Source: Clostridia bacterium
Lineage (GTDB): Bacteria; Bacillota; Clostridia; Christensenellales; UBA1242
NCBI GenBank assembly: GCA_045635805.1
Contig: JAZTWI010000001.1
Coordinates: forward strand, 213,627 to 277,626
Reading direction: 5' to 3'
DNA: 64,000 nt
The position numbers and the translations under genes were made by a program. Of this stretch, positions 27,418 to 36,210 are shown piece by piece; the first letter of the stretch is position 1; each line of letters starts with the position of its first letter. The notes beneath the pieces were generated by a model. It was not told the origin of the DNA and ran no database searches. It was given only the letters and a program-made list of their open reading frames with translations.

Positions 27418-27900
27418 ATGGAAAGAAATCAAATAGGAATTATAACTAAACCCCAAGCACTTAAAGGGGACTTTAGAGTAAAACCATCACTTCTAAATCT
27501 TAAATACTATAAGTCATTTAAAGTTGTCTATATTGATAATACTTCTTATGAAGTAGAGAAAGTGACTCTTAGAGACACTTTTGTTATCTTCAAAGTAAAA
27601 GGTATAGACTCTTGTGAGATGGCTGAGAAATATCGTAATAAATCTATTTATGCCGATATGGAAGTTGTTGAGAAAGACGAAAGCGACTATATGGACTATA
27701 TAGTTATGGTTGCAGGTAAAGAGATAGGCACAATCACAGAAATCAATAACTATGGCTCAAAGGATATTTGGTCTGTAGAAGGGGAAGAGAATATTATGCT
27801 TCCTTATGTTGATAACCTAATTGACTTAAAAGATGATGAGAAGAAAGTACTTACTCTAAACGAAGAAATTTTTAACCAAGTGGCAGTTTATGAAAATTGA
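27418..27900 (+). CDS. rimM: 16S rRNA processing protein RimM
   Basis: 160 aa with PQALKGDFRVKP N-terminus, in the conserved position. Confidence 0.85.
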   Translation: MERNQIGIITKPQALKGDFRVKPSLLNLKYYKSFKVVYIDNTSYEVEKVTLRDTFVIFKVKGIDSCEMAEKYRNKSIYADMEVVEKDESDYMDYIVMVAGKEIGTITEINNYGSKDIWSVEGEENIMLPYVDNLIDLKDDEKKVLTLNEEIFNQVAVYEN

Positions 27901-28564
27901 TATTCTAACACTTTTTCCAGAAATGTTTGAGCCTTTGAAAACTAGTATTTTAGGTCGTGCTCTGGAGAAAGAAATTTTTGAATTAAACTTAATAAATATT
28001 AGAGACTTTTCTAAAAATAAACATAAAAAAGTCGATGATTATGTATTTGGTGGTGGAGATGGTATGCTTATGACTCCACAGCCACTCTACGACGCTATTA
28101 TGTCAGTAAAGACCGAAGATAGTTATGTTATATATCTATCTCCAAAGGGTAGTGTTCTTAATCAAAAGAAAGTTCAAACTATTGCAAAAGAGCATAACCA
28201 TTTGATTTTAGTTTGTGGACACTATGAAGGTATTGATGAGAGAATTATTCAGCTCTGTATTAATGAGCAAATCTCAATAGGAGATTATGTTCTTACAGGT
28301 GGAGAACTTCCAGCAATGGTGCTAGTAGATGCTGTGCTTAGATATGTTCCAGAAGTACTAGGGAATAAGACTAGTATGGAAGACGAGTCTTTTACAGGTA
28401 ACTTACTAGAGCATCCACAATACACCAGACCTAGAGAATTTATGGGACTTAGAGTTCCAGATGTCCTAATCAATGGTAATCACAAAGAAATCGAATCGTG
28501 GAAGGCTGGGCAAAAAATACTAGAAACAACCAAATACAGACCAGACTTATTAGACAAAGGATAA
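27890..28564 (+). CDS. trmD: tRNA (guanine37-N1)-methyltransferase
   Basis: MKIDILTLFPEMFEP, GGGDGMLM and LVCGHYEGIDER motifs. Confidence 0.95.
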   Translation: MKIDILTLFPEMFEPLKTSILGRALEKEIFELNLINIRDFSKNKHKKVDDYVFGGGDGMLMTPQPLYDAIMSVKTEDSYVIYLSPKGSVLNQKKVQTIAKEHNHLILVCGHYEGIDERIIQLCINEQISIGDYVLTGGELPAMVLVDAVLRYVPEVLGNKTSMEDESFTGNLLEHPQYTRPREFMGLRVPDVLINGNHKEIESWKAGQKILETTKYRPDLLDKG

Positions 28565-28567
28565 AAT

Positions 28568-29461
28568 ATGTTAATACAATGGTATCCTGGTCATATGACC
28601 AAAGCCTTTAGGCTAATGGAAAAGGAAATTAAGATAGTTGATGTCATACTATACGTACTTGATAGTAGGGCTCCTTTTTCGTGTGTAAACCCTAAATTTG
28701 AGACTTTAATCGGTAATAAGCCTATTATCTATGTATTCAATAAAGTAGATATGGCTGACAAAGATAAGGTTGATGAATGGGCTAAATATTTCTCAAAAAA
28801 CAATACAAATAAATGCATAATGCTAGATAGTACTGCTAGTGGTAGTGGTAAGAAAATCGAGTCTGCTATTAGACTAGTACTAAAGGATAAGATTGAGAAA
28901 TACAAACAAAAAAATATCAATGCGACACTTAGAGCAATGGTTATAGGCGTTCCAAACTGTGGTAAAAGCACACTTATTAATAACCTTTGTGGTAAGGCAA
29001 AGACTGTTACAGGCAATAAACCAGGAGTTACTAAGGGTAAACAATGGGTAAAGATTGCTAGTGGAATAGAACTACTAGATATGCCAGGAACACTTTGGCC
29101 ATCTTTTGATAACAAAAAAGTTGCTAAGCATCTGGCTTATATCGGTAGTATTAGAGAAGAAGTACTAGATATCCCAGAACTTGCTATGGAATTTATTAAA
29201 GATATGAGAGAGATGGATAAGACCATCTTAGAATCTAGATTTAATATCTCTATCGATGATGAAGACGAAAATTTAGAAGTTCTAGAGAAAATCTGTCAGT
29301 CAAGAAAGTTTTTAGTTAGGGGTGGAGACTACGACTACGATAGGGGTTGCCTAGCCATTGTATCCGATTTCAAACAGGGTAAAATGGGTAAGATAACACT
29401 AGAATCAGTAGGACAGCTTAAACTACTCACAAAGAAGGATAACAAGAGAGAAGAAAAATAA
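28568..29461 (+). CDS. rbgA: ribosome biogenesis GTPase A (YlqF)
   Basis: WYPGHMTKA, circularly permuted GTPase motifs NKVDM and GVPNCGKST. Confidence 0.9.
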   Translation: MLIQWYPGHMTKAFRLMEKEIKIVDVILYVLDSRAPFSCVNPKFETLIGNKPIIYVFNKVDMADKDKVDEWAKYFSKNNTNKCIMLDSTASGSGKKIESAIRLVLKDKIEKYKQKNINATLRAMVIGVPNCGKSTLINNLCGKAKTVTGNKPGVTKGKQWVKIASGIELLDMPGTLWPSFDNKKVAKHLAYIGSIREEVLDIPELAMEFIKDMREMDKTILESRFNISIDDEDENLEVLEKICQSRKFLVRGGDYDYDRGCLAIVSDFKQGKMGKITLESVGQLKLLTKKDNKREEK

Positions 29462-30054
29462 TGTTTGATTACGAAAACAAATATTTAAGTTTAGGTAAAA
29501 AGTACATAGCAGGTATTGACGAAGCTGGTAGGGGGCCACTTGCTGGTCCTGTGGCTACAGCAATCGTTATAATGCCACTGGACAAAGAAAGTATTATAGA
29601 GAAGGTAAACGATAGTAAAAAACTCACAGAAAAGATGAGAGATAAACTTTTCGATGAAATCAAGGAAAAAGCAATCGCTTATCATGTAGAACTTGTAGAT
29701 GAGATGACTATTGATACTATTAATATTCTTAATGCTACTAAACTAGGTATGCTTACTTGTATAGAAAATATATCTGTAAAGCCTGATATTGTCTTAATTG
29801 ATGCTGTTAAATTAGACACAGAATACGAAACAGAGTCTATAATCAAGGGCGATGCTCTCAGTTACTCTATCGCTTGTGCTTCTATTCTTGCTAAGGTTAC
29901 AAGGGATAGATATATGCTAGAATTAGACACTAAATATCCTGAGTATAATTTCAAGAAGCACAAAGGCTATGGTACAAAAGAACATATAGAAAACTTAAAA
30001 AAATACGGGAAATCACCTGCACATAGAGATTCGTTTATAAAAAACTTTGTATAG
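29461..30054 (+). CDS. rnhB: ribonuclease HII
   Basis: IAGIDEAGRGPLAGPV and DSKKLT motifs. Confidence 0.9.
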   Translation: MFDYENKYLSLGKKYIAGIDEAGRGPLAGPVATAIVIMPLDKESIIEKVNDSKKLTEKMRDKLFDEIKEKAIAYHVELVDEMTIDTINILNATKLGMLTCIENISVKPDIVLIDAVKLDTEYETESIIKGDALSYSIACASILAKVTRDRYMLELDTKYPEYNFKKHKGYGTKEHIENLKKYGKSPAHRDSFIKNFV

Positions 30055-30064
30055 GACTAACCGT

Positions 30065-30412
30065 ATGAGTAAAAAAGATAATATTATAGTAGGTAAGAGT
30101 GGTGAAGAAAGAGCTCTTAAATACTTAAAGAAAAATAGATATAAGATTTTAGAAACTAATTACAAAAACACTATCGGCGAGATAGATATTATCTGCAGAA
30201 AAAGAAAAACAATTGTCTTTGTAGAAGTAAAGAGCAGGGCAGATGATTTCTTTGGAAGGCCGAGCGAAGCAGTAAATGTATCTAAACAAAATAAGATACG
30301 AAATGTTGCAATGGCATATCTAAAGAATAAGAAGAAAACAGATAGACTAGTTAGGTTCGACGTAATTGAAGTACTAGAAAGTGATATAAATCACATAGAA
30401 AATTGTTTCTAA
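30065..30412 (+). CDS. YraN-family (UPF0102) endonuclease-like protein
   Basis: GEERALKYLKKNRYKILETNY...GEIDII...VFVEVKSR. ATG 30065 is preferred over TTG 30047. Confidence 0.8.
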   Translation: MSKKDNIIVGKSGEERALKYLKKNRYKILETNYKNTIGEIDIICRKRKTIVFVEVKSRADDFFGRPSEAVNVSKQNKIRNVAMAYLKNKKKTDRLVRFDVIEVLESDINHIENCF

Positions 30413-30518
30413 AATTATTAATAATTTAAATATTTTTGTAATAAAATAAATTAAGTATTTTGTAGAAAATTGGCTAAATATATAAAATAATAAATAATTA
30501 CTATAAAAGACTTGATTT

Positions 30519-30547
30519 TTGATTTTAATTATGATAATATGTATAAT
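30519..30547 (+). promoter_or_regulatory. sigma-A promoter of rplS
   Basis: TTGATT-17 nt-TATAAT. Leaves a leader of about 64 nt before ATG 30618. Confidence 0.5.
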
Positions 30548-30617
30548 GACTTCGGGTGTTCCGCTGGAAATTAGACTTTCGTATGAACATTTGGTAATAT
30601 TAGGGAGGTAAAGTCAA

Positions 30618-30959
30618 ATGACACTTATTGAAGCATTAGAGAGAGAAAATCTTAAACCAGAAATTCCTGAATTTAATGTTGGCGATACTGTTAGAGTTCA
30701 TAACAAAATCGTTGAGGGTACTAGAGAGAGAATCCAAGTATTCGAAGGTATTGTTATTGCTAGAAAGAATTCTAGTGTAAGAGAAACTTTCACAGTTAGA
30801 AGAGTATCTTTTGGTATAGGCGTTGAAAAGACTTTCCCACTTCATTCTCCAAGAATCCCTAAGATTGAGATTGTTAAGAAGCGTAGAGTAAGAAGACCTA
30901 AACTATACTACTTAAAACATTTTTCTGCTAAAGCTGCTAAGATTAAAGAGAAGAGATAA
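30618..30959 (+). CDS. rplS: 50S ribosomal protein L19
   Basis: [35 protein letters not shown]. Confidence 0.95.
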   Translation: MTLIEALERENLKPEIPEFNVGDTVRVHNKIVEGTRERIQVFEGIVIARKNSSVRETFTVRRVSFGIGVEKTFPLHSPRIPKIEIVKKRRVRRPKLYYLKHFSAKAAKIKEKR

Positions 30960-30970
30960 TAATATAAAAA

Positions 30971-30997
30971 AGATAGATTTAATTCTATCTTTTTTTG
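30971..30997 (+). terminator. Rho-independent terminator after rplS
   Basis: AGATAGA-6 nt-TCTATCT followed by T7. Confidence 0.75.
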
Positions 30998-31035
30998 TTT
31001 TTATAGTACTACGCAAAGTATTATTCATACAAAAT

Positions 31036-31062
31036 AAAAACACCTAAATATAGGTGTTTTTT
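31036..31062. terminator. bidirectional terminator
   Basis: ACACCTA-AATA-TAGGTGT flanked by A5 and T6. Overlaps the stop of the minus-strand orphan gene. Confidence 0.7.
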
Positions 31063-31513
31063 ATTTGTAATAATCTGCCATTTCTTCGTGTAATTTTTCA
31101 TTTACTAATGTCATTGTTTGTAGCCAATCTGGATTATATTCTTCACTAGGAATAGCGTATTCTTTAATCTCTGTATAAGAGTTGTCGTATCCGTGTGGTG
31201 GATAAAATCCTTTTCCAGCATACTTTTTAAGGATGCTAGTAGGTATACGATAAGTACATAGATAAACTTTACTTCTTTTTAATTCATTGAATATGTCCTG
31301 AGTGTCTTTTTTGCTATCTATGAAGTGTACATATCTTACACCTTCTACATATTTATGAGTGTTTCTTCTGGAGTCCTGTTCCCATGTAGAGCCAATGCCA
31401 CTAATATCGCCAGTTTCTATTGCTTTTCTTTCTCTTTCTGAGACAAATCTATATACTGTTTTTAGTTTGTCTTCTGTTAGATGCTTTTTGATTTTTTCAA
31501 ATATTCCAGCCAT
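31061..31513 (-). CDS. hypothetical protein (150 aa, orphan on opposite strand)
   Basis: A clean ORF whose ATG is preceded by AAGGAGA (reverse complement of tctcctt at 31521-31527). No TM segment and no assignable motif. Confidence 0.55.
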   Translation of the reverse strand: MAGIFEKIKKHLTEDKLKTVYRFVSERERKAIETGDISGIGSTWEQDSRRNTHKYVEGVRYVHFIDSKKDTQDIFNELKRSKVYLCTYRIPTSILKKYAGKGFYPPHGYDNSYTEIKEYAIPSEEYNPDWLQTMTLVNEKLHEEMADYYK

Positions 31514-31668
31514 AGTTTGTCTCCTTTTCTTTTAAAAGTATACATTATTATTTATACTTTTTCAAGGGTAAAACGATAAATTTTATTTACCACGGGGCTT
31601 TTATAATTATACTTAAAATTTTCTTTGTGATATAATCTTAAATGTAGTTAAGACAAATGGAGAATTTT

Positions 31669-32466
31669 ATGGAAAATATATATACTAAAGAAATTAATTT
31701 TTTAAAGAAATTATTACCAACAGCGTATAAGAAAATTATCAAAGGAAAACCATTCAGCGTGGAAGTTAAGAAGGGAGATATATTTAATTGTGATTTAGTT
31801 ACAGACAAAGATTTAGCAATTGAGAAATATATCAAATCAAAAATCAATGAAGCTTTCCCAGGAGACAAAATCATTGCAGAAGAGTTCTCTGCTAAAGAGA
31901 AATGTATAGGCAGGTCTTGGATTCTTGACCCTATTGATGGTACTATTAATTTTGCGCATAAGATTGCAATGTGGGGAATTCAATCAGCATTTACAGTAGA
32001 TGGTGTGTGTAAGTTCTCTGTTATATACATTCCTGCACTTAATGAATTATATGTAGCAGATGAGCAGGGACTTACAATCAATAATAAAAAGTTCACTGTA
32101 AATAAAGATACTAAGGTTATAGAAGCGGTACTATCTGTGTCTTCATTTGAGATTAAGAATAAACCTGTATGCGAATTACAACAACAACTATATTTAGCGC
32201 TTTCTCATAAAGTATCACAGGTAAAGCAATTAGGCTCTAGTTCTTATGAGTATACTCAAGTAGCTAGTGGTAGAAATAATTGTTACGTAATATTCACTAA
32301 TAATATCTGGGACTATTTACCTGGTATGTTTGTATGTAAACAGGCAGGTTGTGCTATTTATGAGACAGTATATAAGGGTAAACAAATGTGTATTGTTGCA
32401 AATAACGAAGAGATATTGGAATTTGTAAAAAAGACCTATCTATCACTTGCAAAGAAATTAAAGTAG
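31669..32466 (+). CDS. inositol monophosphatase family protein
   Basis: WILDPIDGTINFAH motif. ATG 31669 sits 6 nt after GGAG (track start 31657). An extended -10 TGaTATAAT lies at 31628-31636. Confidence 0.8.
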   Translation: MENIYTKEINFLKKLLPTAYKKIIKGKPFSVEVKKGDIFNCDLVTDKDLAIEKYIKSKINEAFPGDKIIAEEFSAKEKCIGRSWILDPIDGTINFAHKIAMWGIQSAFTVDGVCKFSVIYIPALNELYVADEQGLTINNKKFTVNKDTKVIEAVLSVSSFEIKNKPVCELQQQLYLALSHKVSQVKQLGSSSYEYTQVASGRNNCYVIFTNNIWDYLPGMFVCKQAGCAIYETVYKGKQMCIVANNEEILEFVKKTYLSLAKKLK

Positions 32467-32484
32467 TTAAATTTAGGTGAGAGT

Positions 32485-33939
32485 ATGAAGAAGCAATTAG
32501 GGGTACTTTGTCATGTTAGTTCTCTTCCAAATCCGTACGGGATTGGGGATTTTGGCAAGTGCTGTTATGACTTTATTGATTTTTTGAGTGAAAATAATAT
32601 TAATATATGGCAAATTCTACCACTCAGTAATACTAATGAACATAATTGTCCATATGGTGCAACTAGTTCGCTTACTTTTGACGAGCAGTATATTAGTCCT
32701 GATTACCTTGTGTCTTTGGGGTTAGTTGAAAAGGAAGAATTATCAAAACTCAAGAAACTAAAAAATACTAAAAGAGTTAAATTTGATATAATTAAGCCTG
32801 AGAAAATGCGTCTACTAGAAATGGCATATAATAATGCTAAAAAGCCACTTCTAGATAAAGTATATGCCTTTGCTAGTGAACACACTGAATTTTTTGATTA
32901 TGGTTATTATAGAGCATTACAAAATGTATTTAATGTAAAAGATTGGCACTTGGTACCACAGAAACTTTGGAAGAAAAATTCTAAGGAATATAGGTCTTTT
33001 GTAAAAGAAAATGAGAAAGTAATATATCTATATATATTTTGTCAGTATATACTATATGATGAGTGGCAAGGTGTAAGGGAATATGCTAAGTCTCATAATG
33101 TACAGATACTAGGAGATATGCCTATATACCCAGATAAAATATCTCTAGATGTACTTTTCAACCTAGATAAATTTAAACTAGACAAAGACTATTTGCCTAG
33201 GGTTACAGGTGGTGTTCCACCAGATGATTTCTCAGAAGTGATGCAGAATTGGGGTACTTGTATCTATGATTGGAATAAATTAAAAGAAGAAGATTATTCC
33301 TGGATTATTAAAAAGATTTCTACTTTGCAATCATACTACGACCTTGTTAGAATTGACCATTTTGCTGGGTTTGTTGAACACTATGAAATTGATAACTCCG
33401 ATTTATCTAAAAATGTTTGGGTAAAGGGTGGTGGAGAAGATTTATTTGATGTTATTAAAGATAAATGTGACATTGAAAGATTGGTTATAGAAGACCTAGG
33501 AATTGTAAAACCAGAACACAAGAAAATAAGAAGTAAATATAACTTGTGTGGTATGGCAGTTATGCAGTTTGCCTTCAAAAGGCCTAATCACGAGTATTTA
33601 CCAGAAAATGTTAAGAAAAACACCTTATATTATCTAGGAACCCACGACAATAATACATATCTTGGTTACTTGAGAAAATTAAAAAGAGAACAGAAAAATA
33701 AAGTGTATGAGTATCTTTCTTTACCTAAGATGAGTAATAAAGAATTGATGATTGCTAGTATTAAGAAAATGCTAAGCAGTAAGTGCAGGGCAGTTGTACT
33801 ACAAATGCAAGATTATTTACTGCAAAATGAGAAATATAAGATGAATACTCCTGGAAAGGCTGAAGGTAGCTGGGAGTATAGGGTGCCTATTAACTATGAG
33901 GGTACCTTTAAGAAAAATCTTGATAGGTTCTTAAATTAA
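32485..33939 (+). CDS. malQ: 4-alpha-glucanotransferase (GH77 amylomaltase)
   Basis: GVLCHVSSLPNPYGIGDFG, RIDHFAGF, GDMPIY and EDLG motifs. Confidence 0.9.
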   Translation: MKKQLGVLCHVSSLPNPYGIGDFGKCCYDFIDFLSENNINIWQILPLSNTNEHNCPYGATSSLTFDEQYISPDYLVSLGLVEKEELSKLKKLKNTKRVKFDIIKPEKMRLLEMAYNNAKKPLLDKVYAFASEHTEFFDYGYYRALQNVFNVKDWHLVPQKLWKKNSKEYRSFVKENEKVIYLYIFCQYILYDEWQGVREYAKSHNVQILGDMPIYPDKISLDVLFNLDKFKLDKDYLPRVTGGVPPDDFSEVMQNWGTCIYDWNKLKEEDYSWIIKKISTLQSYYDLVRIDHFAGFVEHYEIDNSDLSKNVWVKGGGEDLFDVIKDKCDIERLVIEDLGIVKPEHKKIRSKYNLCGMAVMQFAFKRPNHEYLPENVKKNTLYYLGTHDNNTYLGYLRKLKREQKNKVYEYLSLPKMSNKELMIASIKKMLSSKCRAVVLQMQDYLLQNEKYKMNTPGKAEGSWEYRVPINYEGTFKKNLDRFLN

Positions 33940-33947
33940 TAGAAATA

Positions 33948-33972
33948 AGAGAGTTTTTGACTCTCTTTTTTT
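33948..33972 (+). terminator. Rho-independent terminator after malQ
   Basis: AGAGAGT-5 nt-ACTCTCT followed by T7. Confidence 0.75.
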
Positions 33973-34004
33973 ATAAATAATATTTATAAATTTTCAAATG
34001 CATA

Positions 34005-34033
34005 TTGAAATCGCTTTTTCGATATGGTAGAAT
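34005..34033 (+). promoter_or_regulatory. sigma-A promoter of RNase R gene
   Basis: TTGAAA-17 nt-TAGAAT. The 12-mer TATTGAAATCGC is shared with the promoter at 18172. Confidence 0.5.
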
Positions 34034-34059
34034 AAGAAAAAGCAAAGGGGTATGGGATT

Positions 34060-36063
34060 ATGGCAGAAAAGAAAAATGGAGCAGTTAATAATAAACTTAT
34101 AGGAAGAGTAATTATCCAAGGGGATAGATACTTTTTTGAGTCTAAAGATTCTTGTGTTTATGATATTAAGCAGGATGAAATTGCTAAAAGACTAGCGTAT
34201 TCAGGTGAAATTTGTATTTTTGAATTAGATAAAGCACCTAAATTATCTGCTAGTATTACAGGTAGAATTACCGATATTATGGGTAAGGAAGGCGACCCTA
34301 TTCCAGAAGGCCTTGCCATTGCGACCATTTATAATCTTACACACCCATTTAATACAAACGCTGTACAACAGGCAGAGAGAATGCCTGACGAAGTAACAGA
34401 AGAACAGTGGAAGGGATATCGAGACCTAAGACATATTGACTTTGTTACTATCGACCCAGATACTGCTAAAGACTTTGATGATGCAGTACACGCTGAGAGA
34501 AACGAAGATGGCTCTTATACCTTAAGAGTTGCTATCGCTAACGTTGCTAATTATATAGAAGATGGAAGTCCACTATACTACGAGATTTATGGCAGGGGCA
34601 CTAGTGCGTATCTTGGTAATACAGTATACCCAATGCTACCTGAGAAGATATCTAATGTACTATGTTCTTTAAATGAAAAAACAGATAGAGTTGTTATGTG
34701 TACAACTGCTAGAATTGCACCAGATGGTAGGATTTTGGAATACTCTTTGGAGCCAGCAGTTATTCATAGCAGACACAGACTTACATATAAGGAAGCAGAC
34801 TTTATTAGATTCGGTCATTGTGACACAGTAGAAGACCAGAGCAGATTTGCAGGTCTTGCTGCTAGAACTGCTAAGGTTAAACCATCAATTGATGCATTAT
34901 TTGAAGTATCAGATATCCTAACTAGACAGAGAAAGGAAAGGGGCGCTCTAGATGTAACATCATTTAAGCCACACTTTGTACTAGATAAAACAGGAACATC
35001 TGTTGTAGATGTTGAAGAAGAACAGGCTGAGAAGTCTACTAAAGTTATCGAGTCTACAGCAATTCTTACTAATGAGATTAGTGGTGAGATTGCTAAAAGA
35101 CTAGGTATTCCTACAATGTATCGTAATCACTCATTACCAGATGAGATGTCTGCAGCCATTCTTAGTGAAAGACTAGCAGGATTTGGTCTAGGTCTTCCGC
35201 ATACTCCATCTGGAGAATCTTACTTAAGATTACTCAGGTCTGTTAAAGGTAAAAATATAGAAGAACCTGTAACATCACTTGTACTTAAATCATTTAAAGA
35301 AGCATACTATTCAGCTGAGAACGATGGTCACTTTGGTCTAGGTATCAAGGCAGACGAGTTCTATGATAGCTTTATGGAAGGCAGGGGAGAATTTGGTTCT
35401 AAGAAAGTTGCAAACGATGCTAGAATGAGATACTTCAAAGAAACAGGTAGTTATAATGGTCTAAAATTTACAGGAGACCTATCTCACACTGCATATGCTT
35501 ATTCTACATCTCCTATTAGAAACGCACCTAGTTACATTATTCAATCACAATTACTTGATTATATTATGACAGGAAATGTTAAATATAATCGTTCAACAAT
35601 TGCTGCATTTGCTGATAGATTCAGTGAAGCTGAGAGAAATGCTGCTGCAGCAGAAAAAGACTATAATGCATTACTTGGTTCAATCTGGGCTAAAGAGCAC
35701 TTAGGAGAATCTTTTGCAGGAAGGATTGTTAATTTCTATCCAGATGGAATGTTAATTAAGACCGATGAACCTAAGAATATTTCAATTACAGTACCATATG
35801 AAGAAGTAAGGTCAGTTAGACTAAATCAATCAATGATAGACAGTATGCTTATTAAATGTGGTATGAGAAGAAAGACACAACACAAAGGTCAAGCACCTAA
35901 GAAATCTCATAAGAATAAGTGTCCATTGCAATTAGGTGATACACTTGAAGATTTGATGATTTATGCTGCTACAACTAAACCACCTAGAATATTTGCTACA
36001 GAAGACCATGAGAAGTATATTCAAAGGGCACAAGAGAACGAAAACGGAAGGGGTATTCAATAG
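34060..36063 (+). CDS. rnr: RNase R / RNase II-family 3'-5' exoribonuclease (divergent)
   Basis: RNB motif I FVTIDPDTAKDFDDAVHAE, GHFGLG...STSPIR and a C-terminal S1-like segment. Motif IV is interrupted (see findings). Confidence 0.8.
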   Translation: MAEKKNGAVNNKLIGRVIIQGDRYFFESKDSCVYDIKQDEIAKRLAYSGEICIFELDKAPKLSASITGRITDIMGKEGDPIPEGLAIATIYNLTHPFNTNAVQQAERMPDEVTEEQWKGYRDLRHIDFVTIDPDTAKDFDDAVHAERNEDGSYTLRVAIANVANYIEDGSPLYYEIYGRGTSAYLGNTVYPMLPEKISNVLCSLNEKTDRVVMCTTARIAPDGRILEYSLEPAVIHSRHRLTYKEADFIRFGHCDTVEDQSRFAGLAARTAKVKPSIDALFEVSDILTRQRKERGALDVTSFKPHFVLDKTGTSVVDVEEEQAEKSTKVIESTAILTNEISGEIAKRLGIPTMYRNHSLPDEMSAAILSERLAGFGLGLPHTPSGESYLRLLRSVKGKNIEEPVTSLVLKSFKEAYYSAENDGHFGLGIKADEFYDSFMEGRGEFGSKKVANDARMRYFKETGSYNGLKFTGDLSHTAYAYSTSPIRNAPSYIIQSQLLDYIMTGNVKYNRSTIAAFADRFSEAERNAAAAEKDYNALLGSIWAKEHLGESFAGRIVNFYPDGMLIKTDEPKNISITVPYEEVRSVRLNQSMIDSMLIKCGMRRKTQHKGQAPKKSHKNKCPLQLGDTLEDLMIYAATTKPPRIFATEDHEKYIQRAQENENGRGIQ

Positions 36064-36146
36064 AATATCTCTTTTTTTATTTTTGTACAAAATTCGACTT
36101 TTTTCGACAAAAAATGTAAAATTTTGCCCTTATTTGGTAAAAGCAA

Positions 36147-36175
36147 TTTACAATTTTGCATCATTTTGATATACT
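36147..36175 (+). promoter_or_regulatory. sigma-A-type promoter of rho-like gene
   Basis: TTTACA-17 nt-TATACT. Confidence 0.45.
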
Positions 36176-36210
36176 AAAATCGCTTTATATGAGAAGTGGG
36201 TAGGTTAAAA

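Noticed and set aside
31061-31513. R-S-E ADP-ribosyltransferase reading of the 150-aa orphan (YRF..., GSTW, EIKE).
   Set aside because: The spacing and the third motif (no Q/E-x-E) do not fit. There is too little evidence to make this more than pattern-matching noise.
36064-36110. Terminator or repeat element after the RNase R gene (GTATTC..GAATAT weak hairpin + T7; TTCGAC direct repeat).
   Set aside because: The stem is short and imperfect, and the TTCGAC duplication is only 6 nt. The evidence is not strong enough to annotate.
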